This document shows positions 1 to 11,998 of a stretch of 64,000 nucleotides of DNA, in pieces. This DNA is from Candidatus Saccharimonadota bacterium (lineage in GTDB: Bacteria; Patescibacteriota; Saccharimonadia; Saccharimonadales; AQU-01). Made by a program: the position numbers and the translations under genes. The notes under the pieces are model-generated. The model saw only the letters and a program-made list of their open reading frames with translations, made no database searches and was not told the DNA's origin. The DNA lies in assembly GCA_037137935.1 (NCBI GenBank), contig JBAXJI010000001.1, positions 1,771-65,770 of the forward strand, in the 5' to 3' direction. The first letter of the stretch is position 1, and each line of letters begins with the position of its first letter.

Positions 1-2081
1 GTTCCGGAAGTCATTCTAATCCAGCGCAGTTCATCTTTGTCGTCTAGATTTATGGCTATCAAGCCGGAGTTACGAACGTTCTTGTATTGCTCAAATGGAG
101 TCTTCTTGACAACGCCTCGGACAGTACACATAAACAAGTAACCGTCTTTGTCGCCCTTACTGACATTGATGATCGAGCTAACACGCTCCTCAGGCTGTAA
201 CTGTAGCAAGTTAACTAGTGCAACACCTTTGGCGTTTAGGCCGACGGCTGGTACTTCGTATGTCTTGAGGCGGAAAACGCGACCACGGTTTGTGAAGAAC
301 AAGATGTAGTCATGAGTAGAGGCGTTAACAACGTGCTCGATAACGTCTTCTTCTCTTGTAGCCATACCTCGTCTGCCCTTGCCGCCGCGACCTTGGCGCT
401 TATATTCGGCTAACGGACTACGCTTTATGTAGTTAGCTGATGTAAGAGTTACAGCAACTTGTTCGTCAGGAATCAGATCTTCATCGCTCAATTTACCTAG
501 CTCACTATCAACAATCTTAGTGCGTCGTTCGTCACCAAACTGCTTCTTCATTTCTATTAATTCAGTCTTGATGATTTTTAGAATTTCTTGCTCGCTAGCC
601 AAAATACCTTCTAGTTTTGCAATAATCTTCAATAATTCGGCTAATTCGTCTTCGATTTTTTGACGCTCAAGGCCAGTTAGCGTGCGTAGCTGCATCGCCA
701 AAATAGCTTTTGCCTGAATCTCTGATAGCTTAAACTTAGCTATTAAACTCGTCTGGGCTTCGTCTGCGCTCTTGCTGGCACGAATCGTCTTAATGACTTC
801 ATCAATGTGATCAAGGGCTATCTTGAGGCCTTCTAGGATGTGAGCGCGCTCCTGCGCTTTGCGAAGTTCGTACTCGGTGCGACGACGTACAACAACTTGC
901 CGGTGCTTTAGGTATTCCTGAAGAATATCTTGCAGGCCAAGCACGCGAGGCTGGATGCCATCAACTAGCGCCAACATATTGTAGTGGAAGCTAGTCTGTA
1001 ATGGAGTCAATTTATAGAGTTGGTTTAGGATCTTCTTCGGGTAGGCGTCCTTCTTGAGGTCGATCACCATACGAACAGCGCCACGAGCGGTTTCGTCGCG
1101 AATATCACTAATGCCAACAATCTTCTTTTCGTGGACTAGATCGGCAATCTTAAGAATCAAACTCTCTTTGTTGAGGGCGTAAGGAATTTCGCTGATTATA
1201 ATCTGATGACGACCTTTGGCGTTCTCTTCGATATTAGCAACACCACGGACGACAACACCACCACGACCGGTAGCAAAAGCAGTTCGAATAGAGTCGCGGC
1301 CATAGACAATACCGCCTGTTGGGAAGTCAGGACCCTTAACGTGCACTAGCAAATCATCTAATGTAGCGTCAGGCTTGTCGATAATAGTGATTATCGCGTC
1401 GACGATTTCGTTCAAGTTGTGAGGCGGAATGTTAGTGGCCATACCTACGGCGATACCAACTTGACCGTTTAGTAGAAGGTTTGGCAATTTAGCTGGCAAG
1501 ACCTCTGGTTCTTGACGAGTACCATCGTAGTTATCGCGGAAAGGTACTGTTTCTTTTTCGATATCGGCAAGCATAGCTTCGGCATGAGATGTCATTTTGG
1601 CTTCAGTATATCGATAGGCAGCCGCTGGGTCGCCGTCCATAGAACCGAAGTTACCCTGACCATTAACTAGCATATAGCGCATAGCCCAAGGCTGAGCCAT
1701 ACGGACCATTGATTCATAAATCGCGCTGTCGCCGTGCGGGTGATATTTACCCATAACTTCACCGACGATCTGAGCGCTCTTAACAGTCTTGCCGCCAGGC
1801 GTAATGCCCATTCGGTTCATGACATACAAAATACGACGATGGACCGGTTTTAGACCGTCACGAACGTCTGGCAAAGCGCGCGCTACGATAACGCTCATAG
1901 AATAACGCAAGTAGCTGTCTTCCATGACATCTTCAACCTTGCGGCGTTCAACAACTCTTGAGTGACTGGTGTCTAATACATCGTCGTCTTCGTAACGACC
2001 AGACTCTACGACTTCTACATCGTTAGCTTCAATTGGTACTAATTCGTCTTTAATTTCATCATCCATATCGTTATTTACCAT
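1..2081 (-). CDS. gyrA: DNA gyrase subunit A, N-terminal part; gene continues past window start
   Basis: Reverse-strand translation from ATG at 2081-2079 gives MVNNDMDDE...YSMSVIVARALPDVRDGLKPVHRRILYVM..., the canonical GyrA N-terminus with the active-site region. The ORF runs uninterrupted to position 1. It is absent from the ORF track, probably because it is truncated by the window edge. Confidence 0.9.
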   Translation of the reverse strand, partial: MVNNDMDDEIKDELVPIEANDVEVVESGRYEDDDVLDTSHSRVVERRKVEDVMEDSYLRYSMSVIVARALPDVRDGLKPVHRRILYVMNRMGITPGGKTVKSAQIVGEVMGKYHPHGDSAIYESMVRMAQPWAMRYMLVNGQGNFGSMDGDPAAAYRYTEAKMTSHAEAMLADIEKETVPFRDNYDGTRQEPEVLPAKLPNLLLNGQVGIAVGMATNIPPHNLNEIVDAIITIIDKPDATLDDLLVHVKGPDFPTGGIVYGRDSIRTAFATGRGGVVVRGVANIEENAKGRHQIIISEIPYALNKESLILKIADLVHEKKIVGISDIRDETARGAVRMVIDLKKDAYPKKILNQLYKLTPLQTSFHYNMLALVDGIQPRVLGLQDILQEYLKHRQVVVRRRTEYELRKAQERAHILEGLKIALDHIDEVIKTIRASKSADEAQTSLIAKFKLSEIQAKAILAMQLRTLTGLERQKIEDELAELLKIIAKLEGILASEQEILKIIKTELIEMKKQFGDERRTKIVDSELGKLSDEDLIPDEQVAVTLTSANYIKRSPLAEYKRQGRGGKGRRGMATREEDVIEHVVNASTHDYILFFTNRGRVFRLKTYEVPAVGLNAKGVALVNLLQLQPEERVSSIINVSKGDKDGYLFMCTVRGVVKKTPFEQYKNVRNSGLIAINLDDKDELRWIRMTSG

Positions 2082-2204
2082 TTACCATTCTACATTTATC
2101 ATTTATTTCGCATTTACCATTTAGCTCCAAAAGACCAGCCGTCTGATCAATGTTCAATGACAAATAAATGCCAAATGCCAAATGTTCAATGCTAAATTGG
2201 CGGC

Positions 2205-4208
<2,004 letters not shown>

Positions 4209-4413
4209 TTAATTTCCAAGATATTTAGATACGCCCACTGCTTGCATCGATTATAGATTATCCGGACTGGTATGGCAACTATTTACAGAGTAAGAAAAAC
4301 AATGCTTCTTTAATAGCCTCCTGATATTACATATTAGCTGAATCTTATTGTGACTAATGGCAGCTTATGCTTAAATACTTACAGAATAACTCCTGTTTAG
4401 TGAGAGTAAAATA

Positions 4414-5868
4414 ATGTTCAAGAAGTTGCTATCTAATTTACCTTATAGTCCAGGCCTTATTGATGAGGTCGCTTTTTATGCCAAGCGTCTTCGTAGGGAG
4501 ACTATTGTGCGTCGAACCGGATTTATCTTGATCATCCTTACCGTGTTTATACAGATGTTCGCCTTAATTAGCCCTCCACAAGCATCATTAGCGCAGTCCA
4601 ATAATGACTTGATTAACGGAGGCGTAAGATCGGCTGAAGATGCTATCAACAACTGTCGCTCTAGTAGCTCTGACTACGCTGATATACTGGCGAACTTTAA
4701 TATTGATTGTGCTGACTTGGCGAATGCCAAAGATGTTAAGCTCGACTCCAAAGACTTTCACGGCGAACTCTATACCACCGGCCGCCTAGCTTACGGTAAA
4801 GCCGGCGAAACTCCGCTAAATATTAAGGCAAAGACTTACTGGTTGCGCAAATTATCTGATTACGACAACGGCTCAACCAAACACGATGCCCTTCTCGTCA
4901 CCAACAAAGACGGTCAGAAGTTTTATATAGTTAAAGATTGTGGTGGTGGCCTGACATTCGTCGGCATTCCACCCACTCCAAAAGCAAAATGCGAATGGTC
5001 TGCGTCTCTGTTATCTACCGACCCTAAATGCTCCGAGCCCTGCCCTATTGCCAGCAAAAAAAACATAGCCAAGACTAGTTCTGAATGTTACGAGGCTTGT
5101 CCGGTCAAAGGTAAATCTAATATAAAGTCCAATAATGTCGCTTGTTTCGAGCCCTGCCCTTATAGAAGCAAAGAGGCTTACGCCAAAAACTCCAGCAGCT
5201 GTTTCGAGCCTTGCACATACAACAGCTCACTCACAGCCACTAGTAGCGACTGTAAGCCATGTAAGAGCTCTCAGACGCGTGAAGATAAAACATCCTGCCT
5301 GAGACTCGGCAAGACGGTCAAAAACGACACCAGCAAGCTAAATAACGCCAACGGATCTACCGCTAAGCCTAATGACGTGCTCACCTACACTTTATCCGTC
5401 ACCAACGACGGTGACTCGTCCATCAAAAACTTCGTTGTCCAAGAAAATATAAGCGACATACTCGACTACTCCGACATCTCACAGACTAGCGGCGGAATAA
5501 TCAATAAAAATATTATTAGTTGGCCAGCCGAGGATATTGGTGGTGGCAAAACCTTGGTCAAGAATTTTAGCGTCAAGATAAAGAACGCACTTCCTGCAAC
5601 GCCTGTTTCGGCTAGTGATCCAAATCATTATGATTTAAAGATGACAAACGTGTATGGAACTTCTGTGACCGTAAAACTACCTCCCTCAGTCATCAAAAAT
5701 ATCGAAATAACGACCAAAATACTACCCAACACTGGCGTCAAAGGCAGCTTAGCTATTTGCTTCGTATTACTGGTCTTGGCCGGCTACTTCTTCGCTCGAT
5801 CACGCTTAATGTTGAGAGAACTAGCAATAATTAAAGCCGACCATCATGACGGCGGGGAGTCTTACTGA
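4414..5868 (+). CDS. Sortase-anchored (LPNTG) cysteine-rich surface protein with a DUF11-like repeat domain
   Basis: N-terminal TM/signal segment. Central about 20-aa Cys repeats (C-x-EPCP...). The segment NDVLTYTLSVTNDGDSS resembles the conserved DUF11 repeat. C-terminal LPNTG is followed by a hydrophobic stretch and an RSR tail. Confidence 0.6.
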   Translation: MFKKLLSNLPYSPGLIDEVAFYAKRLRRETIVRRTGFILIILTVFIQMFALISPPQASLAQSNNDLINGGVRSAEDAINNCRSSSSDYADILANFNIDCADLANAKDVKLDSKDFHGELYTTGRLAYGKAGETPLNIKAKTYWLRKLSDYDNGSTKHDALLVTNKDGQKFYIVKDCGGGLTFVGIPPTPKAKCEWSASLLSTDPKCSEPCPIASKKNIAKTSSECYEACPVKGKSNIKSNNVACFEPCPYRSKEAYAKNSSSCFEPCTYNSSLTATSSDCKPCKSSQTREDKTSCLRLGKTVKNDTSKLNNANGSTAKPNDVLTYTLSVTNDGDSSIKNFVVQENISDILDYSDISQTSGGIINKNIISWPAEDIGGGKTLVKNFSVKIKNALPATPVSASDPNHYDLKMTNVYGTSVTVKLPPSVIKNIEITTKILPNTGVKGSLAICFVLLVLAGYFFARSRLMLRELAIIKADHHDGGESY

Positions 5869-6424
5869 TATGGGCGAACAGCACCCTGGAAAAATTAGCG
5901 AAAAGCCTACTGGCAAAGACGATTATTTAGATTTACTCAAACCAAGTGTCGCCGAGACAACAGATACCGACTATGAAGCCGCTAGATTAAGCTCTCTAGA
6001 GCAATCTCGTCAATTAGTAGAACAAAGCGCTACCAGTTCTGAATTAATGAACAAGGCCGAAAAGACCCCAGAAATAGTACCCGAGATTCAAGTCACAACT
6101 AGCCTTAAAAAAGACGGTTTTGACAGAGTAATTATTCGCACAAGAAAGCAATTACCACTTACCGGACGAATACTAAGCAAGGTTATCCATCAGCCAATAA
6201 TCGACTTCATAAGTGATGCTGGCGAGAATACCATTGCCCGACCGTCAGGATTACTAGGCGGAGGCATAGTCTCCCTACTAGGTAGCGGCGTAATACTCTA
6301 CACTGCAAAGAACTACGGTTTTCGCTATAATTTATTAGCTTTTTTCCTATTGTTTTTGGCAGGATTCATCATCGGCCTAATCATAGAGAAGCTATTGCAC
6401 TATGCTCTTAAACTCCGAAAATAA
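5846..6424 (+). CDS. Hypothetical membrane protein (C-terminal TM helices)
   Basis: 192-aa ORF overlapping the upstream gene by 23 bp. Hydrophobic C-terminus. No recognisable motif. Confidence 0.4.
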   Translation: MTAGSLTDMGEQHPGKISEKPTGKDDYLDLLKPSVAETTDTDYEAARLSSLEQSRQLVEQSATSSELMNKAEKTPEIVPEIQVTTSLKKDGFDRVIIRTRKQLPLTGRILSKVIHQPIIDFISDAGENTIARPSGLLGGGIVSLLGSGVILYTAKNYGFRYNLLAFFLLFLAGFIIGLIIEKLLHYALKLRK

Positions 6425-6430
6425 TATCTA

Positions 6431-9400
6431 CTAGTTGTTTCGATCGATATTGATGACATGCTCTGTGTGCGTTGATGCAGGAGTAGTTTTGCCTAGATGA
6501 AGTTCGCCGTTATGGACTGGCTCTGGACTAACTTGGGCTGGAACAGGTTGAGCGGCGTTATGGTTTAGGCTCTCTCGCAATTCGGCGGCAACACCTGCTA
6601 TCTCCTTATCCTCAAGCTGAGAACTGGAGATATTAGTTGTTGTGGTGGCTGGGTGCGTAGTTTCTGTAAAAGGAAGCCTATGGGCGCTGTCACGGGTCAA
6701 AGACTCGCTATCATCTTGATCAGTAGCTATGAATTTGGAATCATGGCGATCAATTTGAGGTGAAATAGTCGCAGTGTCTGGGGTGGCGGCTGGAATATTA
6801 TTGGCTGCAACGACTGGACTATTGCTGGCCACAGGCGCTACCGGTAATGGTGTTGGTGCTATCGGCGGTTGAGGCTGACTGGCCTGTGGCGCAACAGATG
6901 GCTTGGCAGGCTGCCCAGCGCCTGCAGGAGTGACTGTTTGACGCTTAGTTAACCAATCATCCAAAAACGACGGTGCAGGAGCTCCAGGCGCTCTTGGAGG
7001 CGCGGTAGGGGCTGGACTAGCTGGCCTTTGACCACCAACTGAAGCAGCGGGCGTTGGAGCCTCTACGGTTTTAAGTCTGGCAAATATTTCTTTCTCTATC
7101 TGATCCTTAGCTCGCCCAAATTTTGCTGCCGACAATTGTTTAAGCGCCTTACCTAGTTCTAAATTAGCTGACCCTAGTGGAGGCAAAGTAGCCATGCTGA
7201 AGGATTGCGTCGGAATACCGCCAATCAACATCTGTGTAATAGTGTTAAAGTTTGGAATACGCAACACATCCTCGCGTTCAAAAATTGGCGAAAACTTCTT
7301 GCTCAAACTGTCAGCATCAGCATCCGACCCGACACGGAAAGACACAGTCGTACCAACGTTACCAAATACGGCATCACGAATCTCATCTGTTAACTGAGTA
7401 GTGAATTGGTTGGCAACGATCAAGTTAAGGCGATACTTTCTGGCCTCTGACATGATTGTGGCAAAAGAATCTGTGGCAAAGTTCTGGAACTCATCAACAT
7501 ATAGACAAAAATCTTGTCGATCGTCCTCATAAATATCGGCTCGGCTCATGGCGGCAGCTTGGAACTTCATAACAAAAATCATACCCAACAGTTTTGAGTT
7601 CAACTCTCCTGTACGCCCCTTAGACAAGTTAACGAATAGGATCTTTTTATTATCCATAATGTCTCTAAGGTTGAATGAGCTCTTCTGCTGACCGATGATA
7701 TTACGCATCATCTCGTTAGACAAAAACGCACCGAACTTACTCACAACCCAGCTTGTGACCTCACCTGCCTCGTTTGACTTCTGTGAGTTCGGCCACTCTT
7801 TGGTCCAGAAATCTAACACGTTACGATCGGTCACGTACTGCAACTTAGCTTTCATAAACTCTGAATCAATCAGTAGTTTTGGAATATCGACGAAGGTTCC
7901 ACCCTTAGGATCAGCCATTAGAAGTAAGGCGCTATTGGTGAATATACGCTCAAACCTAGGCCCAATTATTCCCTGCTTTTGTGGGTCATACAATTTATAA
8001 AGCATGTTGATGGATTCTTGAATCAAAAAGTCCTTCTGCTCAGGAGCGTAGAACTCAAACAGGTTTAGACCCATTGGGAAATCCATGTCGGATGGGTTGA
8101 AGTAGACAATATCCTCGGTGCGTTCCTTCGGAACCATAGACATAAGGTTGTCTACTGTGTCACCGTGAGGATCAACAAAAGCGAACCCCCTACCCGCTAG
8201 CATGTCCTGAAGTGCCAAATTTTCTAGAAACACCGACTTTCCTGTACCCGTCTGTCCAACTACATACATGTGGCGACGGCGGTCCTCTAGACTCAACCGT
8301 ATAGGCTTTTTGACGCCACGAAACACATTGTAGCCAAGCATCAGGCCGTTTTCGGGCATATTGCGTGGACCATCAACCTGCTTAGAGGCTTGACGAGCAA
8401 GCTGTGTAGTAGGTATATTCTTGTGATCTGGGAAGTGAAATAGCGTAGCTAATTCAACAGAGTTTAGAATATTCTTATTATTCTCTTGCGGGAAAAATCT
8501 CATAATAAATGCTGTGGCAAAACTTTCTATATCTGCAGCGTCAGTGTATTTGAAACCGTTTTTGCCAGGCGCATCAAATAAAGAAAACGCAGCCACCATA
8601 CTGCTCTTAATAGCTTGTGCCTTTTGCGGATTATTAGAAGATGCAATGACACGAATCAAGACTTCAAATCCAGGGTGCCTTGTCTTGTCATCTATGGCGT
8701 CAACTATCTGCTGATCAAGAGCTGACAACTGTTTTGTCTGAGACTTTTCACTAGTACCACCGACATGCTCGGGAGGTCGCCAAAGTGCTGCTGGAACTTG
8801 GCGCCACCAACCAATCGTAGAACTGTTAAATTTAGTTTTACTGCTCTCGCCACCGCGCTTCTCAGAAGAAACAGATTGCGACTGCTTGCGCCAATCGTCA
8901 TGCGCTGGCCTCATCAATAGCTGGATTCCCGCTCCGTCGTCCTTATCTAATGTAGACAACGAGTTCAAAATCGACTGCATGGCGTCGCGCTTTAGCTCTT
9001 GATAAGTAGCAATTGGATAAGCAAAATTCTCTTTTAATGTAAGCTCACCGCCAGCAGTCCCACTAATCTTACCGATTGGACTAAATATATTGTGTTCAGC
9101 AACTTCTTCTAGCTGAGCGGTCGGGTAAGCACTGTTTACAGCCTGCTTCACGACCTCAACTAACGCTATCGGCACAGCGGCGTAAAAGCTAACAATTCCC
9201 TTGCTCGCTATGATTTCAAAGCCAAAATGACGCTGTCCGTAAAACTTATTCTTGAACGAGGCCTTCTGGATTGTGCTAGCAATAATGCCATAAAGAACCT
9301 GAGATTTAGATATATTCTCGTCAATCAAATCGCGCACATCGCGGCCGTTTTCGTGATTATCTTCACTAAGTGGCGGCAAGTGTATAAGCATCGGGACGAC

Positions 9401-9532
9401 CTTTAGCCCTCTCTCGAAGTTCTTCTGCTCACGAAATACTTTTTTGGAATGAGAATACCAAATAGCCCCAATGGCTGGAATAATCACAAAAACTACAACC
9501 AATATCACTAGAATTATAGACATAGCTGGCAA
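6431..9532 (-). CDS. TraD/TrwB/VirD4-family (type IV coupling protein-like) P-loop ATPase with an N-terminal TM anchor and a Pro/Ala-rich C-terminal tail
   Basis: Walker A VGQTGTGKS followed by FVDPHGD (matches the TrwB/TraD IVDPNGD motif). Walker B LYVDEF. N-terminal TM helix. About 400-aa unknown domain before the ATPase. About 250-aa low-complexity P/A/T-rich C-terminus. Confidence 0.55.
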   Translation of the reverse strand: MPAMSIILVILVVVFVIIPAIGAIWYSHSKKVFREQKNFERGLKVVPMLIHLPPLSEDNHENGRDVRDLIDENISKSQVLYGIIASTIQKASFKNKFYGQRHFGFEIIASKGIVSFYAAVPIALVEVVKQAVNSAYPTAQLEEVAEHNIFSPIGKISGTAGGELTLKENFAYPIATYQELKRDAMQSILNSLSTLDKDDGAGIQLLMRPAHDDWRKQSQSVSSEKRGGESSKTKFNSSTIGWWRQVPAALWRPPEHVGGTSEKSQTKQLSALDQQIVDAIDDKTRHPGFEVLIRVIASSNNPQKAQAIKSSMVAAFSLFDAPGKNGFKYTDAADIESFATAFIMRFFPQENNKNILNSVELATLFHFPDHKNIPTTQLARQASKQVDGPRNMPENGLMLGYNVFRGVKKPIRLSLEDRRRHMYVVGQTGTGKSVFLENLALQDMLAGRGFAFVDPHGDTVDNLMSMVPKERTEDIVYFNPSDMDFPMGLNLFEFYAPEQKDFLIQESINMLYKLYDPQKQGIIGPRFERIFTNSALLLMADPKGGTFVDIPKLLIDSEFMKAKLQYVTDRNVLDFWTKEWPNSQKSNEAGEVTSWVVSKFGAFLSNEMMRNIIGQQKSSFNLRDIMDNKKILFVNLSKGRTGELNSKLLGMIFVMKFQAAAMSRADIYEDDRQDFCLYVDEFQNFATDSFATIMSEARKYRLNLIVANQFTTQLTDEIRDAVFGNVGTTVSFRVGSDADADSLSKKFSPIFEREDVLRIPNFNTITQMLIGGIPTQSFSMATLPPLGSANLELGKALKQLSAAKFGRAKDQIEKEIFARLKTVEAPTPAASVGGQRPASPAPTAPPRAPGAPAPSFLDDWLTKRQTVTPAGAGQPAKPSVAPQASQPQPPIAPTPLPVAPVASNSPVVAANNIPAATPDTATISPQIDRHDSKFIATDQDDSESLTRDSAHRLPFTETTHPATTTTNISSSQLEDKEIAGVAAELRESLNHNAAQPVPAQVSPEPVHNGELHLGKTTPASTHTEHVINIDRNN

Positions 9533-9538
9533 CTTTTC

Positions 9539-10006
9539 TTAAGATTCATCGACTTTAATCTCACGCTTATATCGCTTACCGATGTAATCTGCCTTGAATT
9601 TGTTTATCTCTTTATTCTGCAGGTAAGGATCATCATGAGTCCGCTCGACAATTGCCTTTGCTTTATGCACCCACTCTTGTTCTATCAAGTCGTTATCGTC
9701 TGCCACCGCTGGACTGTCTGGATGATAGGAAGATCCAGGGACTTTTGTCGCTAAATCGTTGGTATTCTTTGTGGAATTCGTCTGAATCTCGTCGTTAACC
9801 TTATCAACAAGATCGTTTGCCTCTTGAGTCTTATTAGGCTCAACCCCTGCCTCAACAACAGTTTCCGGAGTTTGGTGTATAGCGGAAGCCGCCTGTGCCT
9901 TTATAGCCATAACCTCTGGTAGGTTAGTTAGCGAGTCCTCATCCGCCTGATTAGGGTCTTGTGTCGGGTCCATATGGCTTAAATTATAGCAGAAGCATGT
10001 CGTCAA
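9539..10006 (-). CDS. Hypothetical protein
   Basis: 155-aa ORF. Acidic N-terminus. No motif recognised. Confidence 0.35.
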   Translation of the reverse strand: MTTCFCYNLSHMDPTQDPNQADEDSLTNLPEVMAIKAQAASAIHQTPETVVEAGVEPNKTQEANDLVDKVNDEIQTNSTKNTNDLATKVPGSSYHPDSPAVADDNDLIEQEWVHKAKAIVERTHDDPYLQNKEINKFKADYIGKRYKREIKVDES

Positions 10007-10050
10007 ACCGACATAAATAGGCTAATTTTGTATATATGTAGACAAAAGCA

Positions 10051-10404
10051 CTAGCTTAAACGCAAATCAAGCTTAGAAACATAGAAATATCCAACAAGTC
10101 CAAAAACAAAAACAAGCATGACATCCCTCAAGGTTAACTGGCTAATTGAGTCCAGCAACAACACTAAAGTAGGTAATCCAGCGCAAAATACAGACAAAAT
10201 AATAGTTCTCGGTGATTTATCCCGATGCATTATTTCTGTAAACAATTTAATAAAAGACCAAAGCAAGGTTATGAATATCCATAAAAATGGAAGTATTAAC
10301 CATCCGATGGCAAGTTTGGACGGATCAGTACTAAACATAAACAAAACAATGCCGCCGTAAAGCAGCACTGGTATTGTTAACTTTTTGACTATTCTTCGTT
10401 TCAA
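10051..10404 (-). CDS. Small integral membrane protein (3-4 TM)
   Basis: 117-aa ORF, strongly hydrophobic. Confidence 0.4.
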   Translation of the reverse strand: MKRRIVKKLTIPVLLYGGIVLFMFSTDPSKLAIGWLILPFLWIFITLLWSFIKLFTEIMHRDKSPRTIILSVFCAGLPTLVLLLDSISQLTLRDVMLVFVFGLVGYFYVSKLDLRLS

Positions 10405-11701
10405 CTCTTAACCCTCCCCTTTTCTACTGTTCTTGTATGTTCCGCTGTGCCTCCCGATAAGGCAAATGTATTGCTGCAGTCCTCACAAACTATCAAAATT
10501 GTCGACGAACAAAATAACTACCCCGAAAAACTCTGGCCTTAAAATCGTCTATTTGTGATCGTGTGTTCGTTGATAAAATCTTGATGTTTTGATTTATGTG
10601 TAGACATATTTTTCTCGCTTTTTTGTTTTACTTTTTGCGGACAATTCATACTACGAGATGCGTTATAAAATCTTGGAAGCCGGACGGTAAATCCGCCCAA
10701 TATAAAATGTATGGCAGTTACCGTCCTTTGGCTTTTTTGACTGACCGCTCTTTATGCTTTTCAGCACTCGGAGCGAGGTGTAACTGGAGCAGTTACTTTT
10801 GGTAATATTCTCGTAAATTACCTCACCTACAGTACTAAATTATTACGCTTATGTCAATACGATTATAATGTAATTATAACAACTATACAGTGTGGGAAGA
10901 TGTTCTGAATAAATGAAATATAGGCAATTTAATGTTATCAATATGACAACGATAATTCTCAAAATAAATGCACATAATACGAACATAGCCTGAACACAGA
11001 CCCAAGCGTTAAGAGTTACTGCAGCTTGGATTCAGGCGCCGTGAAAATGGATTTAAGACGCATAATTTGGTGATTAATGCCTGGTATTGGGCCCTAAAAA
11101 TGAAAAATTTATCTAATATTTATCGCTCCCATGGGCTTGAATTTACGTATTTTTAGACTTGATGAATAGCCATTTAATCCAGTGAATAATTGGCCAAAAC
11201 TGGACCATTCTGGCTGCTAATTTTGCCTTTAGATTCTGCATAAATAAACCTCATGTGATGTATGGCGCAGCCGTAAATGTTTACTAGCTAAGGCTGGATA
11301 TCTACATAGATCATTCGTATCAATAATCTTAGGCAATGCACTCATAATATGCTCATAAGCGATTAACTAGGTCATTATTGACGCTAAAACGCGGTATAGG
11401 GGCTTAAAATCGCTCTAACAGATACTGGAGCATCTGCTTAGGATCTATTGACCAGCAGATGATCTAATCCCCCACCCGCCAACCATACCGTCTATTAATA
11501 ATTTGCGACCTGTTTAGCCATTTCAGCAACAATAATAATTTAAAATTGCTAAAAATCATTAAAAACGGCTTTTTTAGGTGAATTTATCGACTGTTACTAA
11601 TATTTCGCCAAAACCTAATGATTGTGACTATATTTTTAGCCAATTCTCACCCCTGTTAATATAGTTATGCACAGCTTTATTTACTATTTTAACCACAAAC
11701 A

Positions 11702-11735
11702 TGTTGACAGCTAAAAAGACAATGTATAGGATATA
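11702..11735 (+). promoter_or_regulatory. Sigma70-like promoter (TTGACA - 17 bp - TAGGAT/ATAAAT)
   Basis: TTGACAgctaaaaagacaatgtaTAGGATATAAAT lies in an otherwise ORF-free region, upstream of a structured segment that ends in a terminator. Confidence 0.4.
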
Positions 11736-11903
11736 AATAGCACTGAATAAAAAAGGTGCTCAAAAACAAAAACGTCTTCAGTAACAACGGCTTATCGCAA
11801 GCCGTTGTTCCATAAAAACAATTAGTTCTAATAACAAAATCAAACACACACCAAAACTCATCACCCAAGAAAACCCCGCCACAAATAGGCGGGTTTTTCT
11901 TTG
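11736..11903 (+). ncRNA. Candidate small RNA (about 150-170 nt) bounded by promoter and intrinsic terminator
   Basis: Downstream of the promoter are two hairpins (agcac...gtgct; AACAACGGCTT-atcgc-AAGCCGTTGTT). A GC-rich hairpin CCCCGCC-acaaatag-GGCGGG followed by TTTTTCTTT lies at 11872-11903. No ORF of 60 aa or more. Confidence 0.3.
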
Positions 11904-11998
11904 TAGAGATCAACACCCCGCCGATAACTTTGTAATCTTTTATTCATAATTTTTTAGCCCACACTGCCCTACACTATTCAATTAGAAATGAGGCCAAC

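Noticed and set aside
10596-10805. 69-aa ORF, and the 75-aa and 109-aa ORFs at 11689-12303, in the non-coding gap
   Set aside because: Low-complexity or odd composition and no RBS. The 109-aa ORF is antisense to the comM start. The region is better explained as non-coding with RNA-like hairpins.
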